From a virus (Duplodnaviria > Caudoviricetes), in IMG/VR virus record IMGVR_UViG_3300006919_012066, positions 1 through 26,095 of that record: a stretch of 26,095 bases of DNA. The stretch is one strand, 5' to 3'. This document shows, piece by piece, positions 19,596 through 26,095 of this stretch. Position 1 is the stretch's first letter. The number at the start of each line of letters is the position of its first letter. The notes below the pieces were generated by a model. The model did no database searches. It saw nothing but the letters and a program-made list of their open reading frames with translations, and was not told where the DNA came from. A program made the position numbers and the translations under genes.

Positions 19596-21497
19596 TTATT
19601 GTGTAGCAATATCTGCTAGACTAGCAGCTCATTGTTCTCATCACTGCATTATTTGAGCATTTGTAACTTGTGCAGCAGTTGCTCATAATACTCATCCTCA
19701 TTGTTCTGGCTGTGCTTGTTGTATATTTTGTCAACTTAATATCATTGCATCCATTCTATCTCTTATAGCACTATCTCTTGCATCTGTATCCATTGCTTTT
19801 CAATAGATAACAATATAACTCATGTGGTCCTCTTCAAGTTGTTCTATTTCTCAAACATCCATATTTCTATTAAGAAGTTCTAAATCTAACTTAGCTTTCA
19901 TTTCTTCTATAGAAGCAGGAAATAATACTGAGATTTTATCTTTATCTATTCAATTAGCTCTTGCAATACTTCTTTTAGCAAATGTTTTACTTATTTCTGG
20001 ACTCTTAGGATCTTGAAGAACTAAATCAGCTATTACTAACAATCAAGCTTTTTCTTGCTCTTTCATAGATTCCTCATCACTTTTATTGATAACTTTAATA
20101 TCAATATTAGCTCAAGTATCTATATCTTTTCTCTTAACTGATTGTATAACATTACCAAAAGAATTTTGAAGCATTATATTTTTTTCTCATTTGAAAGGGA
20201 AAAATTCATAATAAGCTCTTAACCAGTTTCTCCAAAAATCTTTTTCTCACCATTGATTAATCTTATTATTAAGAACTAACTTAACATTTTGATTTCTTTG
20301 GATTCTTTGATTCTCTGTAGCTGTTATACTCTTATCTGGTGTTCATCATACTGCTCTCTCATCTAATCACATATCATTAGAACCTTGTTGTCTAATAACT
20401 TGTGCCATATTAAATGCATCTTGCTTGATTCTTCCTCTCTCTACTTCTCTGATAGGATTAGGATTCTTTCTTAAATCAGCTCTAACATATTTTGGTCATT
20501 GAGTATGTTGTCTTAAGTCATTTAGATTTTTAATTGCATCTGTATCTACTAAGAATGTATCTCACCAAGCTTCATGTTCTGCTTTAATTCTATTTAGATT
20601 TAAGAATAATTGTTCTATTCTTTGTTTATCTTCTAATAAGTCTGGAACACTTATACCAAATGGGTCTCATTTAAAAGGTTCATAATGATTGACTATAACA
20701 GGAAATTTAATCAGATTAGGGTTTTTCTTTTCTTCTTCATAAACTGGTTTAATTTCTTCAAATCTTATTAATAAGCTGTCATCATTAGCTAATGTCACTA
20801 AATATTTTTTACCTTTTATTGTTGTATAATGATTATATATTCAATAAATAGGTTGTTCATTTGTTTGTGGTGTTCATCAATTTACTTGTCTTGATTGTTG
20901 TATTTGGTTTCTTCTTCTTTGTTCTCTATCTGAAACACTAGGTTTAACTTTATCTACATTAAAATATACATCTGTAGTTAAATCTCAATCATTTATTTCT
21001 AATTCAAAACCATGAAATCTATAATTATCTATATATCATAAAGGGTCTGGAATCCAAGATATTGGGTCTATACTTCTATAAACAGGAACATCTCTAACTG
21101 TATCCCGATAATCAAAGATTCTTAATCATACACCATAAAATAACCTATTCCATTGAACATCATAGGTTAGTTTTTCTAAATCCATTTCTTCATAGTCGAA
21201 TAAAGCTAGATTATTATAATTATCTGCTATCTCATCATCTCACAGTTGTCTTCAAGAGAAATTAACAGTTATTGCATCTGAATAATAAAGACTCATTAAA
21301 GTTAACATAGTAGAGCGAATAGTCCTTACATATACTTTATCTGCTTTACCTCAATCTTCAGCTATATTAGTATATAGTTTTAATCTTTCTAAAAATAATT
21401 GTCTCTTTTGGTCTACAAAGTTAACTCACAGTTGTTTCTCTTGTTGTACTTGAGTTATTATTGCTGATTCATCAATAGGAAATCTTGATTTAGGCAT
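19596..21497 (-). CDS. Portal protein (P22-like), 633 aa
   Basis: Position after TerL; IDPISWIPDP, FPVIVNHYEPFKGDPFGISVPDLLEDKQ, ITATE motifs; Gln-rich tail. Confidence 0.85.
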
Positions 21498-21531
21498 ATT
21501 AGGAAGTTAGAATTTTAAGTGCTTTAAATGT

Positions 21532-21559
21532 ACTATATATGTTTTAAAATAAAATGCAA
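21532..21559 (-). promoter_or_regulatory. Promoter TTGCAT-N16-TATAGT
   Basis: Intergenic between terL and portal. Confidence 0.5.
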
Positions 21560-21563
21560 GTTT

Positions 21564-22838
21564 TTATATTTGTTGTGAAAAGTCAATAACTAATGGTTCT
21601 TCATATCGTTCAACTCGAGTTAAATCATTATAAGCTATTGCCATATATCTAAAAGCATCTGCTAAATGAGATGTCCAGTCATGTTCTGGAGTATTTAAAA
21701 ATATATCTCTTTTCTCATCATACTTTTGTTTATATAAACTTAGAGCTTCAATTAACTCTTCTGTTCTATCTTCATCAAACCATACATTATGGAATATCTT
21801 ACGAGCTGCATTAATTCAATCCATTATTCATAACTTTGGCAATACATAAACTCTACTTGTTCCAAATATATCTCTAACTGTTTCTAATCTAGAAGCTCAT
21901 GTAGTTAGTTCTCTAACTTCTATATCATGTGGAAAAAAGAATTTATCTACTGTATATCACTTCTCTGCTTCTTTTTCTCTGATTAATCTAGCATAAAATT
22001 CAAATCACTCTCAATTATGTTGGATGCAATCTATTATTCTTACTGTATTTCAATGTATTTGTACAAATATAATTGCCATATAATCACTTATCCCCAAATC
22101 CCATACTGTATATACAGGAAGCAAAGGGTCATATAATCAAGCTTTTATTCTCTTTTCATCTCTAGCTCTATTTATCTCTTTAGTATAATATGCTCATTTA
22201 ATTGCTGCTTCAAAACTACATTGGTATTCCTGTTCATATTCTTCATCTGTCATTTCATTTTTTGCTTCATTTAGTTGTTCATTAGTTAATAATCAACTCT
22301 CGGAAGCTTTTAATAAAAGTGTATAATATTTAGGGTCTTTCTTTCAATTAGCATATATCTTGTAAAAGTTATTCTTTCATTTTGGTGTTCATATCCATAA
22401 TACCCAACCATTATTAGCAAGTATCATAGGAAATACAATCTCTCAGTATATATTAGCAGGTTGTTGTGAATACTCATCAAATACAACTCATCTTAAATCT
22501 AATCACCTTAAACTATCAGGATTATCTGCACCAAATAGTCTTATCTTACTTCAATTAAGTAATTCAACTATTAATTCACTCTCATTAGTCTTTGTATCTG
22601 GTATAGCTTTAGCAAACTTCTTTAATATATCCCAAGCTATCGCTTTTGATTGACGATAAAAAGGGCTTATATATCAATAATACCCTTTTGTGTTTAAAGC
22701 TTCATATAGTAATTTAGCTATTGCTACAGTTGTTTTTCAGGCTCTACGATGAACAACTAAAACATTATACTGCTTTGAGTTTTTTATAAATTCTTTTTGC
22801 CAATCTCTTAAAAATTTTAAATCTATTGTTACATTCAT
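21564..22838 (-). CDS. terL: Terminase large subunit, 424 aa
   Basis: Walker A HRRAGKT, Walker B LRGLDLRGVVFDE, motif III IGTPKG, nuclease WDLGISD...HLADAFRY; the conserved Gly in GKT and GTPKG are TGA codons. Confidence 0.95.
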
Positions 22839-22839
22839 G

Positions 22840-23208
22840 TTAGTAAACTTTATTATTAATATCATCAAAAGCATTATATAACTCTTTAGAAATTGTTTTT
22901 CAAGAGTGTGCATATAATGGATTGAAATATAATATTTTCTTACTATCTCACTTAAGTTTGAATTTCCCAATAAATCACTTTCTTTTTAAAAATGCCTCTA
23001 AACTTCTTTTGTTACTATCTGATATATTTATTCTATCTAGTGTAATTCTATTTTGTGAATCAAGAGTATCTTTTATTAAACTTAAGTATCAATATTTTAA
23101 TACTCATATATCATTAGCTATCTTCTCTGTATCTAACTCTACGTTTACTTTCATAAACTTATATTTTAGATTTATTAAATTAAATTTGTCATTTAAATAA
23201 TTCTGCAT
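22840..23208 (-). CDS. Hypothetical winged-helix-like protein (RepL-like YxNP motif), 122 aa
   Basis: LEAFLKRKGFIGK...ILYFNPLYAHSG; own promoter; stop 1 nt before terL start. Confidence 0.5.
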
Positions 23209-23246
23209 ATAGTATCTTCAAGAGGTAAGTTTAGTCGCTTACCTTT

Positions 23247-23274
23247 ATTTTATACCTTTTTGTCTTGATGTCAA
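23247..23274 (-). promoter_or_regulatory. Promoter TTGACA-N16-TAAAAT followed by a 5' hairpin
   Basis: Hexamers plus AGGTAAG/CTTACCT stem at about 23223-23244. Confidence 0.55.
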
Positions 23275-23398
23275 AACATAATTGTTTTACATTCAAGACT
23301 TTTTATATACTTCAATTTAAGCTATTCTAAAATAAAAAGTAGATAATTTTCAAAAAATCTACTCTATATCTTATAGATAAATCATAACTTGTTATACT

Positions 23399-23770
23399 TT
23401 ATAATTCAAAAGTAACTTTCACTTCTTTATCTGGGTTTTCCATAGCTTTAGTTAATTCATTTTGTCTAAATGCTAAATCTCTTGCTTTGGTTAATTCATC
23501 TAATCTAATCTTTCATTCTTCATCTGCTAACTTCTCTAATAGTTTTATTCAAGTTATATTAAGAATTTTATTATTATCATCTATGAGTTTTGTGATAGTT
23601 TCACTTTGTGTTGCAATTTGTTGCATATCATTCTTCAGTATTCTACTTGTTGTAGTATGTTCTACTCATGTTTGTTTTTCTATATCTCTAGTTGATAAAT
23701 CAGGGTTATTTAGTTTGGCTTCTATTACTTTAGCTTTATCTTCAGAAGATGTTGTTTTTCATCTAGGCAT
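23399..23770 (-). CDS. Putative terminase small subunit (N-terminal HTH), 123 aa
   Basis: MPRGKTT...NPDLSTRDIEKQTGVEHTTTSRIL HTH, helical middle, C-terminal beta strand EVKVTFEL; near terL. Confidence 0.6.
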
Positions 23771-23773
23771 AAT

Positions 23774-24145
23774 TTATTTCTTAAAATAATTATTAATCTT
23801 TCATACTACAAATTGCTCTGTTTCTTTACTAAGCATTTCTTGGTATTCTTTTAACATATCTTCATGTTTTTCTCTAATAGGTTTAGTAGCTTCTTCTAAT
23901 TCTTCATGGTATTGCTTTATAGGCTCAACATAATCTTTCTTTTTATCTGCTATGTATTTTTCATATTCTAAGTTAGTAAGAGGAATAGTATATTTTTTTC
24001 TTCAAACCTTATATATGAATGTCATATCTCAGTTAGATTTAGTTTGTGAGCTTATATTCTTTGCTTCAGGTTCATTAGTTTTAATGGTTTCCATAACATA
24101 GTTATCTTTAAAATCATCTGAAGAATGTGGTTTAGGTGTTGGCAT
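23774..24145 (-). CDS. Hypothetical protein, 123 aa
   Basis: Code-25 ORF MPTPKPHSSDDFKDNY...INNYFKK*. Confidence 0.7.
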
Positions 24146-24271
24146 AGTATCCTTTTTATATAATAAATTCTAATACATAAGATGAAAAGGAGATAAACAC
24201 CATTATGTATTAGAATCTACCATATAAGGTAGATAATAGTATATTAAAATAGTTTTAAGACTTATTTAGGT

Positions 24272-24499
24272 CTATTCTTCTTTATGTTTTTCTATTAAAC
24301 CTTTTAAGTACTTTGTGTAAAACTCTTTTTCTTTTCATATAAAAGTAATATCTTCTAACTGTGTGATACTTATAGAGAATTTTGTAGAAGTAGTGAATAT
24401 ATAATAATAAATACTTTCTCATACAGGTATTCAATATGATAAACCTATATGCTCTACTTCTTGTTTAATAGCAATAATATAATCTGTATTAAGTATCAT
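24272..24499 (-). CDS. Hypothetical protein, 75 aa
   Basis: Code-25 ORF MILNTDYIIAIKQEVEHIG...KHKEE*. Confidence 0.6.
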
Positions 24500-24501
24500 A
24501 A

Positions 24502-24684
24502 TTAAAACTTATCTTTCTTATCAAGTAAAGTAAAAGTATTCTTAGAAGTGTTGTATGTATTCATTCTAATAGTATCAAGTTTGTCTATCATTTCTAATTG
24601 TTGGTTAGATATTTCAGCATTACTTTTTACTATTTGTTGTAGGTTTTCTATTATTTCTTTTAATAGGTTTGTTATCTTAAGCAT
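24502..24684 (-). CDS. Hypothetical coiled-coil protein, up to 60 aa (start uncertain)
   Basis: Track ORF; its ATG overlaps the -10 of a TTGATT-N16-TATAAT promoter (24683-24710), so the true start may differ. Confidence 0.45.
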   Translation of the reverse strand: MLKITNLLKEIIENLQQIVKSNAEISNQQLEMIDKLDTIRMNTYNTSKNTFTLLDKKDKF

Positions 24685-24714
24685 TATACATAAATTAAAA
24701 AATAAATCAAGTTT

Positions 24715-24975
24715 TTATGCGTAACTAATATTACCACTAGACTTTACAAAAGGCACTAGAGGTTGTGCTAATTCTAGGGCATCTTGTTCTTCTAGGAAAT
24801 CAAGAGATTCTTTTCCTTTAGCTTTGATTGTTTTAATATCTTCTTCAGATATAGATAATCAATGTTCAGCTTGTAGTCTTACCTGATCAATTAGGTTTAC
24901 AGTCTCTTCATCAAGAACATATTGGTATATATGATTGATAACAGAGATATCATCTGTTTCTATATGTGTTTTCAT
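24715..24975 (-). CDS. Hypothetical acidic protein, 86 aa
   Basis: Code-25 ORF MKTHIETDDISVINHIYQYVLDEE... Confidence 0.7.
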
Positions 24976-24984
24976 AGGTTATTC

Positions 24985-25155
24985 TTATATAGGTAAAGTA
25001 CAGTCACATTTATAGCAATATCTCTTATCTGTCTCTGGGTCATATTCTACATCCTTTGTATTAATCACTTCTCAACACTTGTGACAATATAGTTGTCATA
25101 ATTTAAGTGTGGAGTCTAAATCACTGACACCATTTCTAAAATCTTGTCTAGTTGT
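24985..25155 (-). other. Open frame encoding a zinc ribbon, no usable ATG/GTG/TTG start
   Basis: LYCHKCGEVINTKDVEYDPETDKRYCYKCDCTLPI*; no canonical start upstream of the first CxxC. Confidence 0.45.
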
Positions 25156-25733
25156 TTATTTGTTTCTATAGTTTCTTTTTCTATTTTCTCATAGCACATT
25201 TTTATAATCCTTGCATCAAATAAAGAATTATGTTTCTCTTCTTCTCAAAACCATGATTCTTCTCATTCTTTTACAAACTCTTCTCTTGATATATCAGCAT
25301 CAATTCACTTTATCTTAAATAAAGTACAAATATCAAAAGGAATGTAATACACATTTTCTGGTAGCTGAGGATATCAATCAGAATAATTAGATAATAAGGT
25401 ATTAAATAGTACCCAATCATAACTTAGACAATCACTCCATATTTCAATGTATTCAAAATCTCCTAACCATTCAAGAAGTTCATATTGTATATAAGCAGTA
25501 TCTCCTTTTACAGTTGTTTCTTTATCTGATTTTATATTACATCATTCTCAACTAATAATAAGTTTATTTATTACATTCTCTTTTATCCAATCATTAACTT
25601 GATTTTTATTATAATCAGTAAACTCAGCATAAAATGTTTTTCAACATTCCGAAATTAATCAAATAGAAATTAATGTTGTATTTTGATGTAATCAAGTAAA
25701 TTCACAATCAAAAAAAATTTTAGTTGTTTTCAT
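25116..25733 (-). CDS. DEDDh 3'-5' exonuclease (Rv2179c / RNase AS-like), 205 aa
   Basis: ExoI IFFDCEFTGL...LISIG, ExoII SYDWVLF, ExoIII KHNSLFDA. Confidence 0.85.
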
Positions 25734-25760
25734 ATTCTTTTCTTTAAATATTAATATAAA

Positions 25761-25922
25761 TTAGTCAATAGGTCTTTTTTCTACATAATCCTTTGCAAAA
25801 TTGTATAAATAGGCTCTTTTTTCTTTTGTCCAATTCTCATTATTTAATTGTAATCTAGCAATTAATAAATCTTTATAATAGTTACTTAAATATTCAAATC
25901 TTGTATATTTTATTTCTTGCAT
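25761..25922 (-). CDS. Hypothetical protein, 53 aa
   Basis: MQEIKYTRFEYLSNYYKDLL...VEKRPID*. Confidence 0.55.
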   Translation of the reverse strand: MQEIKYTRFEYLSNYYKDLLIARLQLNNENWTKEKRAYLYNFAKDYVEKRPID

Positions 25923-25942
25923 AGGTTTTTAATTAATAATTA

Positions 25943-26095
25943 TTATTCTGCTCCTCTATTAACACTTTGCATTTTATAAGTAGTTATATCTGTTTTAAAG
26001 TGTTCTGTTTTTTCTGTGAACATAAAACATCAAGTGTTTACAAGTTGTTCTATACTACCATCATCTCATAATAATTCTTCTATTGCTCTATCACT
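25943..26095 (-). CDS. Hypothetical protein, 3' part (enters from window edge)
   Basis: Open frame ...SDRAIEELLGDDGSIEQLVNTGCFMF...NRGAE*. Confidence 0.55.

Noticed and set aside
22737-22970. Track ORF suggesting TerL starts at 22970
   Set aside because: The upstream part overlaps the 22840-23208 gene in another frame; ATG at 22838 gives the expected TerL N-terminus
700-23789. Plus-strand ORFs in the supplied track
   Set aside because: All are antisense shadows of minus-strand code-25 genes, with S/L/F/I/H-rich composition and no recognisable motifs
1-26095. Pseudogenised prophage, or genetic code 4 (TGA=Trp)
   Set aside because: The interruptions are TGA only, frames are otherwise intact, and TGA aligns to conserved Gly rather than Trp
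1-26095. tRNA (including a TGA-reading tRNA-Gly), CRISPR array, integrase, reverse transcriptase
   Set aside because: I saw no cloverleaf, repeat-spacer array or diagnostic motifs by eye; tRNAscan-SE/ARAGORN would be needed to exclude a divergent tRNA

Overview
AT-rich segment of a tailed, podovirus-like (P22-type gene order) phage or prophage in which every gene lies on the minus strand and TGA is read as glycine (genetic code 25, the code of Gracilibacteria/Absconditabacteria). The supplied standard-code ORF track therefore shows only fragments and antisense shadows; coordinates below come from my own hand translation with code 25. In transcription order (right to left): small genes including a DEDDh exonuclease; putative TerS, an inserted wHTH-like gene and TerL; portal, scaffold, N4-gp56-like major capsid, adaptor and nozzle; two large ejection proteins (one carrying a CHAP domain); two tail fibres and a chaperone; a lysis region (membrane proteins, a PLA2-like protein, a CHAP+zincin endolysin); accessory genes; and a replication-organizer-like gene. 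The most striking unexplained feature is a ~520-nt ORF-free unit (about 1580-2098) with its own promoter. It folds on the minus strand into many G-U-containing helices and several pseudoknots, including a group-I-intron-like P3/P7/P8 motif, and is a candidate large structured ncRNA. Several smaller structured leaders also occur.
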